Shown one piece after another: positions 50,608 to 60,650 of a DNA stretch of 64,000 nt. The position numbers were made by a program, and so were the translations under genes. How positions within the stretch are numbered: the first letter of the stretch is position 1; every line of letters begins with the position of its first letter. Location of the stretch: contig CAXXUA010000005.1 of assembly GCA_963663765.2 (NCBI GenBank), positions 704,001 through 768,000 on the forward strand, read 5' to 3'. Source of the DNA: Candidatus Poribacteria bacterium. Lineage in GTDB: Bacteria > Poribacteria > WGA-4E > WGA-3G. Below the pieces are notes generated by a model. The model did not search any database, had not been told where the DNA came from, and worked only from the letters and a program-made list of their open reading frames with translations.

Positions 50608-51810
50608 ATGTTAAGCGTTGAAGAAGCACGTCAACAGATGTTAGACACCATTCCCGTTCTACCGACAGAAAAACTTGAGATACTTGATTGCACGAATTAT
50701 GTACTCGCAGAAACACTGCATGCAACTGAGAATATCCCTCCGTTTGACAACTCAGCAATGGACGGTTTTGCAGTTCGTTCATCAGATGTAAAGAGTGCAT
50801 CCAAAGAGAATCCCGTTGTGCTTTCTGTCATTGAAACAATCGCAGCAGGATATGCACCTGATAAACATGTCAATTCTGGACAAACATCACGGATTATGAC
50901 AGGTGCGATGATGCCAGATGGCGCAGACGCGGTCGTGATGCAAGAAGTGACTGAACTCGTTGGTGATGAAGTCAAAATCTATGAAAGTGTTGAGGAAAAT
51001 GAAAATGTTCGCTTCACTGGCGAAAGCGTCCAACAAGGGGATTGCGTAATGTCTCCCAGTAAAGTTCTACGTCCACCTGAAATCTCAATGCTCGCTTCCC
51101 TCAATTGTGGAGAAGTAACTGTTCACCAAAGACCAAAAGTCGCCATTGTCTCCACAGGTGATGAACTTACACCACTTGGCCAACCTTTGACACCCGGTAA
51201 AATACGGGATAGCAATCGGTACGGTATCTATGCACAAGTGCAGAGTGCGGGTGGTATTCCAGTTGATATGGGAATCGCACCTGATGATGAAGCAGAAACT
51301 GAACGTATCTTCCGAGAATCCCTTACAAAAGCAGATGCGCTTATTACAAGTGGTGGTGTTTCAGTCGGAGAACATGATGTTGTGAAAAACGTCCTGACGA
51401 AATTGGGTGAAATGAACTTTTGGCGTGTCGCAATGAAACCAGGAAAACCACAAGTTTACGGCTTTATTGACAGAAAACCAATTTTTGGATTACCCGGCAA
51501 CCCTGTCTCTTCACTTGTAGTATTTGAGCTGTTTGTCCGTCCTGCGCTCCTGAAGATGGCTGGACATACTGACCTATTAAGACCCACCTTCACAGCGGTT
51601 CTCGCTACAGACGTTACGAACAGAGATGGACGCGTAAACTATATGCGCGCAATTCTCACAAAACAGGATGGACAATACATTGCCAAAACAACCGGTCCGC
51701 AAGGGTCTGGCATCCTCCATTCACTTGTATTGGCAAACGGTTTAATCACCATTCCTGCGGGTGTCACCTTACATGTTGGTGAAACTGTGGAAGCACAATT
51801 CTTGCACTAA
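50608..51810 (+). CDS. moeA: Molybdopterin molybdotransferase
   Basis: PPFDNSAMDGFA, RIMTGA, STGDEL, SGGVSVG and GLPGNPVS. Confidence 0.97.
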   Translation: MLSVEEARQQMLDTIPVLPTEKLEILDCTNYVLAETLHATENIPPFDNSAMDGFAVRSSDVKSASKENPVVLSVIETIAAGYAPDKHVNSGQTSRIMTGAMMPDGADAVVMQEVTELVGDEVKIYESVEENENVRFTGESVQQGDCVMSPSKVLRPPEISMLASLNCGEVTVHQRPKVAIVSTGDELTPLGQPLTPGKIRDSNRYGIYAQVQSAGGIPVDMGIAPDDEAETERIFRESLTKADALITSGGVSVGEHDVVKNVLTKLGEMNFWRVAMKPGKPQVYGFIDRKPIFGLPGNPVSSLVVFELFVRPALLKMAGHTDLLRPTFTAVLATDVTNRDGRVNYMRAILTKQDGQYIAKTTGPQGSGILHSLVLANGLITIPAGVTLHVGETVEAQFLH

Positions 51811-51821
51811 ACAGAATTATT

Positions 51822-52574
51822 ATGTCAGAAAAAACAGCACTAACAAGAAATTGGGGAGAGATGGCTTTTGCTGATTCAGACGGATCAGGCACTCCTTTGC
51901 TTTTCTTACACGGCACAGGTTGTGATTCAGCAGATTGGTCAGCTGTAACAGAAGGTTTCACTCAGAATCAACGGTATATTACGTTGGATTTTCGCGGACA
52001 TGGACAAAGCAGCACCCCTTTCAACTCATTTACATTATCCGATCTTGCTGATGATGTGGTGAAACTTCTTGCATATCTCAGCATATCAAAGGTAATACTT
52101 GCTGGACATAGCCTCGGCGGTATGGTCGCAATGGAAGTAGCAAGACGTTCCTGCAGTGTCAATGGACTTATTTTGCTTGAAGGATGGACAAGCTTGTCTA
52201 ATGTTCGCAGTGCATTTGATCAGGGACGCTTTTACGGTTCACTTTCCCAAACGGAGATTGATCAGATTCAACACAAATCACAGCAGACACGATCCCGTTT
52301 TGAACAAAGTGTCTGGCAGAGTTTTTGGTCAACTGTCAGAAACTTTGACGGCTACGCTTATCTTGAGCAGGCACAAATTCCTATCTATGAAGTATTTGGC
52401 GAAATGGGTAGGCATGAGTCAACAGAAAGGTTGTTACGCATACCCCCTAATCCCAATATCCAGTGGAAATGGGTGCAGAATGCTGGACATTATCTGCCGC
52501 ACGAATGTCCAGCAGAAGTTGCGGAAATTTGCTGTAGTGTTGTAGAGATATTATCGCAAGGTGATCTTCTCTGA
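51822..52574 (+). CDS. Alpha/beta hydrolase
   Basis: FLHG, DFRGHGQS, GHSLGG nucleophile elbow and AGH; overlaps the nuoN 3' end by 24 bp. Confidence 0.9.
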   Translation: MSEKTALTRNWGEMAFADSDGSGTPLLFLHGTGCDSADWSAVTEGFTQNQRYITLDFRGHGQSSTPFNSFTLSDLADDVVKLLAYLSISKVILAGHSLGGMVAMEVARRSCSVNGLILLEGWTSLSNVRSAFDQGRFYGSLSQTEIDQIQHKSQQTRSRFEQSVWQSFWSTVRNFDGYAYLEQAQIPIYEVFGEMGRHESTERLLRIPPNPNIQWKWVQNAGHYLPHECPAEVAEICCSVVEILSQGDLL

Positions 52575-54047
52575 AAGTGTATAGAAAATAGGAAGAAACC
52601 CAATAAGGATTGTTGGTACAGCAAAGATCGTTAAGAGAGCAAATGATCCTTTTGTAAAGGAAAAATCCTCTGTTTCCTCAACAGATTCAAAGTACATAGC
52701 TTTGACAATGCGTGCGTAGTAGTAGAGGGAGACGACACTGTTTATTAGACCAACAAACGCAAGCCAATATAATTTGCCTTCAAGTACTGCAGCAAATAGT
52801 ACCCATTTTCCAAAGAAACCGGCAAAGGGTGGGATGCCTGTCAATGAGAATAGGAAAATCGCCATTGCACCGGCGACTAATGGTGCACGTGAAGAAAGCC
52901 CGCGAAAGCCATCAATCATTTCACTTCCCGACTCATTCGCAATTAGGACAACAACGTAAAACGCGCCCAAGTTCATAAAGAAATAGATCACAAGATAAAA
53001 GATGATAGCACCGATCCCTTTATCAACAAACGCGGTATTACCAGTCGTCAGCAGGACAGCCGCCATCAATAGGTAACCACCGTGTGCAATGCTTGAATAT
53101 GCCAATAATCGTTTGACGTTGCGTTGTGGTAGTGCAGCGAGATTTCCAACAGTCATTGTCAGTGCAGATACTATGGCTAATAGCAAACCCCAATCAATTG
53201 CTTGCATAACTTGCGTGTTCCCAAATCCTGTATAGAAAAACCTGAGGAAAAGTGCGAATCCTGCGGCTTTTGATGCAACAGATAGGAAAGCGGTTATAGG
53301 AATAGGCGCGCCTTCGTAGACATCTGGTGACCACATGTGGAAAGGCACTGAGGCGATTTTGTAACCGACACCCGCAAGAATAAAGGTAATTGCAATCAAG
53401 ACACCGAGCGCTGTTACGTTACCATTAGCAAGCACTTCCGGTAGTTTCTGACCGATTATTGCAAGGTCACCGGACCCTACCATTCCAAAAATCAAGGACA
53501 ATCCAAATAGCATCGTTCCGGATGCCACTGCACCATAAGTGATGTATTTGAATGCTGCCTCGCTTGAACGCGGACTGTGTGTCAAAAACCCAGCGAGGAT
53601 GTAAGACGTGAGACTGACTGTCTCCAACGAAATGAATATCATCAACAAGTTTGTGGATGATGCCATTAAAAACATACCGAAGGTGACAGCTAATAATAAA
53701 GCGTAGTATTCACCTTTCAATTTTGCATCAAGTTCTTCAGAACGAAGGGAGAAAAGAATCGTTGCTGCAGTAGCGAGTAGCAAGAGGATCTTGAAAAATA
53801 CAGCGAAACCATCCAACCGAATCATACCCAAAAACAGATTCCTTGGTTCGTTAGTATCAATAACTGAATTTGTGATGATGATTGCTACTAAAGTACATCC
53901 GAGTCCAACGAGTGAGAGATAAGCGGTCTTTTGACTTTCCTTGTTTTTTATGAGCAGATCAAGGATGATAACCGCAGCAGCGAAGACAACGAGGAGTATC
54001 TCTGGCGTGAAATAAGCAAGACTTTGTATATTTTCTATGTAATCCAC
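52551..54047 (-). CDS. nuoN: NADH-quinone oxidoreductase subunit N
   Basis: EAAFKY, KIASVPFHMWSPDVYEGAP, KRLLAYSSIAH. Confidence 0.97.
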   Translation of the reverse strand: MDYIENIQSLAYFTPEILLVVFAAAVIILDLLIKNKESQKTAYLSLVGLGCTLVAIIITNSVIDTNEPRNLFLGMIRLDGFAVFFKILLLLATAATILFSLRSEELDAKLKGEYYALLLAVTFGMFLMASSTNLLMIFISLETVSLTSYILAGFLTHSPRSSEAAFKYITYGAVASGTMLFGLSLIFGMVGSGDLAIIGQKLPEVLANGNVTALGVLIAITFILAGVGYKIASVPFHMWSPDVYEGAPIPITAFLSVASKAAGFALFLRFFYTGFGNTQVMQAIDWGLLLAIVSALTMTVGNLAALPQRNVKRLLAYSSIAHGGYLLMAAVLLTTGNTAFVDKGIGAIIFYLVIYFFMNLGAFYVVVLIANESGSEMIDGFRGLSSRAPLVAGAMAIFLFSLTGIPPFAGFFGKWVLFAAVLEGKLYWLAFVGLINSVVSLYYYARIVKAMYFESVEETEDFSFTKGSFALLTIFAVPTILIGFLPIFYTLSEKITLR

Positions 54048-54056
54048 TCACTTCTC

Positions 54057-55583
54057 CTATAATCCAGCTTGGAATGTACCCATGAGTCTGGTAAGTTCAA
54101 CGACAGATTCTCTGAACATGTCAAGTGCAAAGTTGGGCCATACACCGAGAACAATGGTGAGTATTCCGAGGGGTACCAAAGTCAGGATTTCACGTTTATT
54201 TATTTCAGGCAGTTCTTCATATTTGGGATTGAGTTTCCCAAGGAAGACTCTTTGAAGTGTCCAGAGGAAGTATGCTGCCCCTACTACAATGCCAATTGTA
54301 GACAAGATAGTCAATAGTTGGAATTTTTCAAAAGCGCCGATAAGAGATAGCACTTCGCCGACAAAACCGCTTAGGCCGGGTAAGCCCAATGATGCCATAA
54401 ACGCGAGCGTTGTAATACCTGCATAAATAGGCATTCTACCTGCCAATCCACCGAAACCGTTGATTTCACGGTGATGTGCACGGTCGTAGAGGACACCGAC
54501 AAGTAGGAAGAGCATTGCACTGATGACACCGTGATTGAACATCTGTAGGATGGCACCGTTAACCCCCATCGTATTTCGAGCGGCAAGTCCTAAGATAACA
54601 AACCCCATGTGTCCAATACTGGAATATGCGACTAACTTCTTAAAATCAGTTTGTGCCAACGCGCAGAAGGATCCATAAACAATATTAACAAACCCAAGCA
54701 ATGCCAGACTATTCCCCCAGAAACCTACACCATTGGAGAAGAATGCCATCCCTTCAGGAAACATCGCCATGTTAATCCGCACCAGTCCGTAAGTTCCCAT
54801 CTTTAAAAGGACACCTGCAAGAATAACACTAATCGCAGTTGGAGCTTCAACGTGTGCATCCGGTAGCCATGTATGGAATGGGAAGATTGGTACTTTGACA
54901 GCAAACCCGATAAAGAAACCGAGGAAAACCCACATTTGGAAGGTTGGATCAGCCAGAGCATGTCCGGGTGTACTCGCCAACGTGATGAGTGTTGGAATGT
55001 CAAATGTCCGTTCTCCCGGAATACCACTGTTAAGGTACACAGCAATCAAGGCAACTAACATCAGTACGCTGCCAAATAGCGTATAGAGGAAGAATTTAAT
55101 TGCAGCGTATTCCCTACGCGGTCCGCCCCACACACCGATCAGGAAATACATCGGTAAAAGAGTGAGTTCAAAGAAAACAAAGAACAGGAACAGATCCATC
55201 GCAGCGAAAAAGCCTAACATCCCTGTTTCTAATAACAGGAACAATGCCATATATGCCTTAATGCCTTTTTCTATATTTCGCCAAGAGGCAAGGACACAGA
55301 TAGGACCTAACAGAGCAGTGAGAAGTACTAACGTTACGCTTAAACCGTCAAGAGCGACGTAATACTTGATATTGAATGTCCCAATCCAATTAAAAGGACC
55401 GAGTGCGTATTGATCCCCCGACAATGTACGATCATAGTCAATAAACATATATACTGCGATCAGGAGCGGAATTAGCGTAAAACCCAGCGTGACGCGTTTG
55501 ATAAGTTCCTCAGAGTCACGTGGTAAGAGTAAGACAACGATCATCCCAAGCAGGGGGACAAAAATCATTAGAGACAATAACAT
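54057..55583 (-). CDS. nuoM: NADH-quinone oxidoreductase subunit M
   Basis: KFFLYT, PFHTWLPDAHVEAPT, LLKMGTYG. Confidence 0.97.
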   Translation of the reverse strand: MLLSLMIFVPLLGMIVVLLLPRDSEELIKRVTLGFTLIPLLIAVYMFIDYDRTLSGDQYALGPFNWIGTFNIKYYVALDGLSVTLVLLTALLGPICVLASWRNIEKGIKAYMALFLLLETGMLGFFAAMDLFLFFVFFELTLLPMYFLIGVWGGPRREYAAIKFFLYTLFGSVLMLVALIAVYLNSGIPGERTFDIPTLITLASTPGHALADPTFQMWVFLGFFIGFAVKVPIFPFHTWLPDAHVEAPTAISVILAGVLLKMGTYGLVRINMAMFPEGMAFFSNGVGFWGNSLALLGFVNIVYGSFCALAQTDFKKLVAYSSIGHMGFVILGLAARNTMGVNGAILQMFNHGVISAMLFLLVGVLYDRAHHREINGFGGLAGRMPIYAGITTLAFMASLGLPGLSGFVGEVLSLIGAFEKFQLLTILSTIGIVVGAAYFLWTLQRVFLGKLNPKYEELPEINKREILTLVPLGILTIVLGVWPNFALDMFRESVVELTRLMGTFQAGL

Positions 55584-55633
55584 TTAGTGGGAATCCTCCT
55601 TATCCCATCAGGACAGTATTTCATGGGTTTCAA

Positions 55634-57844
55634 CTACAATGCCCGAAAAATCAAAATTATCAACACGATCCCTCCGAGAACAACGAAGAGATATGTTTGT
55701 ATTGCTCCTGTTTGTATTCTGCGGATTCTACCGCCAGCTGCCCACGTAACCTCTGCTACTCGGTTGACGATTCCATCAATAACACGATTGTCAAAGAAGC
55801 CGATAAATGCAGCGAATATTTGCCGTGTGATCGTTGAAACACCGTTGACGATACCGTCAACGACAGAAAGGTCAAATTTTGCAAGAAGTCGGGACTTCCA
55901 TACCGTCAGCGCGACTAAAACGCCATCGTAAAATTCGTCAAAATAGTATTTGTTCCAAAAAAGGTTGTAGACCGGACTGAACTTTGTTGCGACTGCTTCG
56001 GCAGAAAACCTTCGTCTATGATAGAACAACCAAGAAAGTAGTATGCCTAAACCTGCGACAATGATAGACAGAGCCATTGCAATATTATGTGCAACCTCAT
56101 GTATATGATGTGCATCATCAGCATGTTCTGAGTCTTTTCCGCTATCTTCTTCAGCTGCTTCTGCATCGGAAATACCGAAGAGTGAGATGGCAATTTTAGC
56201 GTCACCTGTTTTAGAGTCAGGTGAAACATAAGCATGTGTCGGTGCATGAAGATGGACTTGTTCTGGTGGTTTAAAATTGTCTTTGTTGAACCAGAAATGG
56301 TTGACGACAGGAAAACTCAAGGCTGCTAAAACGATAAGCGGCACTGTCATTGTCCACGGGGATTCGTGTGCCATATTGTGCATTTCTTGATTACGCGGTT
56401 CACCGAAAAAGGTCATGAATATCAGACGAAACATATAAAATGCTGTTATACATGCTGCCAGAAGTGCAATGCCGAATAGGATATAATGATGGATAGAGTT
56501 CCATTCCATTGCGCGTCCGAGCACACCCCCTAAAATCTTATCTTTACTCCAGAAACCTGAAAAGATAAAAGGCACACCAGAAATAGACAAAGTTGCGATG
56601 AGCATTGTAATAAAGGTAATTGGCATCTTGCGACGGAGTCCACCCATATTACGCATATCTTGGTCCGGTGGGATTTCAGAACCGTGTGCATGAACTAATC
56701 CGTGGTCATCGTGTTCATGTTCTGCATTGTCTTCGTGTTCGTTGTCATCATGATGTGCGTGCATTGCGTGGAAGGCGTGGATGACGCTTCCAGAACCGAG
56801 AAACAGTAGTGCCTTGAAAAATGCGTGTGTGGTAAGATGAAAAAGACCGGCAACATAACTACCAGCACCAATTGCCAGCATCATATACCCCAATTGGCTA
56901 ATCGTAGAATATGCCAAAACGCGCTTGATGTCAAACCGGACGATGGCTATGGTCGCGGCGACGATAGCGGTAATACCTCCAACATAAGCGATGACCAGAG
57001 AGGAGGTCGCTGTCAAAATAGGGAACATCCGCGCCGTTAGATACACGCCTGCGGCAACCATTGTTGCGGCGTGAATTAACGCACTGACAGGTGTAGGACC
57101 TTCCATCGCATCAGGTAGCCATGTGTGCAGTGGCATCTGTGCGGATTTACCTATAGCACCACAGAAGATGAGAATGCCAGCGATAGAAAGCCAGACCATA
57201 TCTCCAGTTGTTAATGATGCCGCAAGTGTAAAGATGCCGTCTTGTGCACCATCGTAAAGCGAAAACGTCCTGAATTTAGTAAAGAGCATCATCATGCCGA
57301 TAAACATACCGACATCACCGACACGTGTTGTCAGAAACGCTTTCTTACATGCATTTGCAGCGGTGTCCTTTTCAAACCAAAACCCGATGAGCAGATAGGA
57401 GCAGAGACCGACAAGTTCCCAACCGATATAGATACCGAGTAGGTTATCCGACACCACCAAGAACAACATTGAAAATGAGAAGAGTGAAAGATATGCAAAG
57501 AACCTTGGATACCTCGGATCCCCATGCATATAACCTATAGAGAAGATATGCACAAGACTACTGACCAGTGTAACCACAATCAGCATAATCACGGTAACAC
57601 TGTCGAGGTAAAATCCCATTGATAAAGTGATGTTCCCGAGTGAAAGCCATTTGACAGTATGCGGTTTTGGATCGGGTGCTATCTCATTCATTAAATAGAG
57701 GGAACAACCGAGAGCAACCAGCATTGCAGCGGTTGACAAAAGGTCTTGGCGTGGGAAACTCCGTTTTGCTAAACCCAGAAATGCAAAGATCGCAAAGGAT
57801 GCAAGTGGAGCAAGTAAGATGATACTAATTAAGGGAACAACCAT
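55634..57844 (-). CDS. nuoL: NADH-quinone oxidoreductase subunit L
   Basis: GKSAQ.PLH.WLPDAMEGPTPVSALIHAATMV, HAFFKALLFL. Confidence 0.97.
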   Translation of the reverse strand: MVVPLISIILLAPLASFAIFAFLGLAKRSFPRQDLLSTAAMLVALGCSLYLMNEIAPDPKPHTVKWLSLGNITLSMGFYLDSVTVIMLIVVTLVSSLVHIFSIGYMHGDPRYPRFFAYLSLFSFSMLFLVVSDNLLGIYIGWELVGLCSYLLIGFWFEKDTAANACKKAFLTTRVGDVGMFIGMMMLFTKFRTFSLYDGAQDGIFTLAASLTTGDMVWLSIAGILIFCGAIGKSAQMPLHTWLPDAMEGPTPVSALIHAATMVAAGVYLTARMFPILTATSSLVIAYVGGITAIVAATIAIVRFDIKRVLAYSTISQLGYMMLAIGAGSYVAGLFHLTTHAFFKALLFLGSGSVIHAFHAMHAHHDDNEHEDNAEHEHDDHGLVHAHGSEIPPDQDMRNMGGLRRKMPITFITMLIATLSISGVPFIFSGFWSKDKILGGVLGRAMEWNSIHHYILFGIALLAACITAFYMFRLIFMTFFGEPRNQEMHNMAHESPWTMTVPLIVLAALSFPVVNHFWFNKDNFKPPEQVHLHAPTHAYVSPDSKTGDAKIAISLFGISDAEAAEEDSGKDSEHADDAHHIHEVAHNIAMALSIIVAGLGILLSWLFYHRRRFSAEAVATKFSPVYNLFWNKYYFDEFYDGVLVALTVWKSRLLAKFDLSVVDGIVNGVSTITRQIFAAFIGFFDNRVIDGIVNRVAEVTWAAGGRIRRIQTGAIQTYLFVVLGGIVLIILIFRAL

Positions 57845-57855
57845 ATTGTTTCGTT

Positions 57856-58185
57856 TTAACCTTTCAAGGTATCCACGTCATCTGGACGTATACTACCGAA
57901 TTCACGGTAAATAGCGAGAATAATTGCGAGAAAAACTGCTGCTTCTGCTGCTGCAAGGACAATACCAAAGATTGCTATAATTTGACCGTCAATGTTTTGA
58001 ATTATTTTCCCATCAACTTCTTTAATCGTAACAAAACGTGAAAACGCAGCGAAATTGAGATTACATGAATTGAGGATGAGTTCAATACCCATCAAAATGC
58101 TGATAGCGTTTCGCCGAGTCAGTACTGCGAAAATACCGAGTGTAAAGAGAATGGAACTGATGACCAAATAGTGTTGTAGACTCAT
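57856..58185 (-). CDS. nuoK: NADH-quinone oxidoreductase subunit K
   Basis: RRNAI.ILM.IEL.LN, AAAEAAV. Confidence 0.96.
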   Translation of the reverse strand: MSLQHYLVISSILFTLGIFAVLTRRNAISILMGIELILNSCNLNFAAFSRFVTIKEVDGKIIQNIDGQIIAIFGIVLAAAEAAVFLAIILAIYREFGSIRPDDVDTLKG

Positions 58186-58209
58186 GTTATCCTAAAGACT
58201 CAACGGGAA

Positions 58210-58728
58210 TTAGTCCCGAACCTCCTTGCGAGAAATAAGAGCAGCACCGATCAACGCCACTAACAGCAGAACGGAGACGACTTCAAACGGTAGTAAAAAC
58301 TTTTCTTGCAGAATCAGTTCTCCGATTCGTTCAGTTGTCGGCGCGAGTTGTATCCCGTCATCCGTTCGATTTTTCCAACCGGGTGTATTTGCGATAACTG
58401 TTAGCAGCAACATTAATAGTGCCAATGAAATACCGGCACCTAATAACAGTTGTCCGCGTTCTATGTGGATACGCATCTCTAACCTTCCGCTTGTCATCAT
58501 CACACCAAAAAGGATAAGCACAAGAATACCACCGACATAGACAATCACCTGTGTTGCAGCGAGGAAGTCTGCCTGTAGAAAGACATATAATCCTGCTACC
58601 CCAAACAGAGTAACCATCAGCGCAAACGCCGCGTGTACAATGTTTCGAACAGTGACGACTGCGAACGCCGAGGCAATTGTTATGAGTGCGAATCCATAAA
58701 AGATAAAGGTTTTAAGTGTAAAATCCAT
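58210..58728 (-). CDS. nuoJ: NADH-quinone oxidoreductase subunit J
   Basis: QVIVYVGGI.VL.LF, PFE..SVLLLVA.IGA. Confidence 0.96.
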   Translation of the reverse strand: MDFTLKTFIFYGFALITIASAFAVVTVRNIVHAAFALMVTLFGVAGLYVFLQADFLAATQVIVYVGGILVLILFGVMMTSGRLEMRIHIERGQLLLGAGISLALLMLLLTVIANTPGWKNRTDDGIQLAPTTERIGELILQEKFLLPFEVVSVLLLVALIGAALISRKEVRD

Positions 58729-58759
58729 ATCATGTAGTTCTCAGCGAATCAATCAAATA

Positions 58760-59335
58760 CTATTCTCCAGGAACTAACCTTAATTCTGATGGTTCACCTA
58801 CCAGATAGTAAGAGAATTGAAATCCTTGTGGAACGACGTATCCATCGTCAAGTTGAAATGGTGGAAGATCTAGAGCACCAATACCATCATCTGTAAAACG
58901 ATTGAGTGCATAATTTATCGTAGTGTTTAGTCTCATTATTTCCCGAGACCCGCTACCTTTTGCTTTGTCATATTTTATTTCCATAGAGGTGTTTTCAAAA
59001 TTGAGTATCGCTACATACATAGTGCTATAGGCGGCATCACCAGATAAAGCCCAATCTTCACGGTCTAACCCTACAACTAAATCCCCATGTGAAGGAGCGG
59101 GAGCCGCCTTAAGTCTCCACCAAATATTTTCCGCATCCTCACGAGTTTTCTCAATAGTGATGACTGGAATTTCATCTCGTGGTATTAAGCTGTTTACAAT
59201 TGGCGAGTTTTCTCCTTCTAAGCCGTTCTGAGGGTCAAGCACGTTGGCATTATTGTCTTCTGCGTCGCCACCGCAACCCAAAATAACTAATCCACTCAAC
59301 AAAAACAAGATTGAAAAAAATGTGTAAAATCTCAT
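58760..59335 (-). CDS. Hypothetical lipoprotein inside the nuo operon
   Basis: Signal peptide with lipobox ILGC followed by an acidic linker. Confidence 0.75.
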   Translation of the reverse strand: MRFYTFFSILFLLSGLVILGCGGDAEDNNANVLDPQNGLEGENSPIVNSLIPRDEIPVITIEKTREDAENIWWRLKAAPAPSHGDLVVGLDREDWALSGDAAYSTMYVAILNFENTSMEIKYDKAKGSGSREIMRLNTTINYALNRFTDDGIGALDLPPFQLDDGYVVPQGFQFSYYLVGEPSELRLVPGE

Positions 59336-59447
59336 AGACGAATTCCTTTTTAAAATATAGAATAGCATTGCAATTGCTATCTTGCAAATTGTCGTAAAAC
59401 TTTCCTAATCTGCAGCCTCTGTGTTATCCGCTTCGTCTTTATCGTAC

Positions 59448-59569
59448 CAGGACTTACGCACCCAACGGTAGGCGTGCTTTGTAAGCGCGCCGGAAACCGA
59501 AAAAATGCTGAAAATTACACCATTTTCGTCATAATTCTTCATCAAATCATGAAATCTGCGTAAGTCCTG
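59448..59569. mobile_element. MITE family 3 (122 bp, empty allele), 5-bp TSD CGTAC, inserted in the nuoI 3' end
   Basis: 13-bp perfect TIR caggacttacgca; cgtac on both flanks. Confidence 0.95.
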
Positions 59570-60251
59570 CGTACATCTCTTGTTTGTCAAAATTGAAAAT
59601 TAAGTCTGTGCGGTCAAAACTTGAGTACTCAATACCTTCAAGTGAATCTTTCATAACAAGGCATTGTGTAGGACACACTTCCGTGCAAAGTCCGCAATAC
59701 ATACATAACGACATATCAATATCAAACTGGTCAAGATAGAAAACAACAGGGTTTCGGGTAATGACACTGGAGATTTCATCTGTAGTAACGGTCTGTGTCC
59801 TGCTTTCATCTTCTGATGCTTCCAAACGATCAACTACCTCTTGCGATCCTAAACGCGTGCTGATATTTGTAATCGTTACAGACTCTTCTGACATAATCTT
59901 TTTGTCGTCGCCTTCAATGATGCCGATGATTTCGCGTCCATCCTTGAGATGCACGACGTTCATGCTGTCCCAGAGTTGTTCACCTTTAGGCAGTTTTGTG
60001 CCGGTGATCGTAATACAATCCACAGGACAAATCATTTCACACTTTTTACACCCGATGCAATCCTCAATTCGATTGTAGAGTTGACCGCGATACCCTTTCG
60101 GAATCTCTCGGACGTTCTGTTTTTTCTCAAAATCGTGTTCGTAAGGATATTGGTGTGTCACATTGGGTTCAAAGAACTGGCGAATTGTAATCCGCATGCC
60201 AACGAGAACGGTGTAAACCCCTTTGTAAATGTTACGTATATATTTGTCCAT
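59547..60251 (-). CDS. nuoI: NADH-quinone oxidoreductase subunit I (internal insertion; C-terminus altered by MITE)
   Basis: VT.QYP, YRG, CIGCKKCEMICP and CMYCGLCTEVCP 4Fe-4S motifs. Confidence 0.93.
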   Translation of the reverse strand: MDKYIRNIYKGVYTVLVGMRITIRQFFEPNVTHQYPYEHDFEKKQNVREIPKGYRGQLYNRIEDCIGCKKCEMICPVDCITITGTKLPKGEQLWDSMNVVHLKDGREIIGIIEGDDKKIMSEESVTITNISTRLGSQEVVDRLEASEDESRTQTVTTDEISSVITRNPVVFYLDQFDIDMSLCMYCGLCTEVCPTQCLVMKDSLEGIEYSSFDRTDLIFNFDKQEMYAGLTQIS

Positions 60252-60301
60252 AACAAACGTTCCTTTGTAGGTCTATAGTTTCCTACCATTAAAGATGTTG
60301 A

Positions 60302-60604
60302 CTACCAACCGTAACCCATGTTAACCAATTGTTCAAGAAGTTTATAGATAAATACTGTACTAAAACTTCCACACATAAACATATTAAATTTGGGAAATAT
60401 ATTCGCTAAAATGAAAATTAAGGATCCTATTAAACTAAATCCACTAACAATTAATTGCATTATATTCTTTTCCCATCCAACTGAATCACCGACAAGACCG
60501 CCTATAATTCCAAAACATATTAATAACAACGCGATTACACCAAATACAACTCGTAATTTCACATCCGATTTCATAAGGTTCAAAACATTTTTTGCAGTGT
60601 TCAT
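60302..60604 (-). CDS. Small AT-rich membrane protein inside the nuo operon
   Basis: GAGGA RBS, 2-3 hydrophobic segments. Confidence 0.65.
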   Translation of the reverse strand: MNTAKNVLNLMKSDVKLRVVFGVIALLLICFGIIGGLVGDSVGWEKNIMQLIVSGFSLIGSLIFILANIFPKFNMFMCGSFSTVFIYKLLEQLVNMGYGW

Positions 60605-60650
60605 AATGTCCTCTGAATTAACTTAGCAATTTCTATCCACAAAAACCAAT

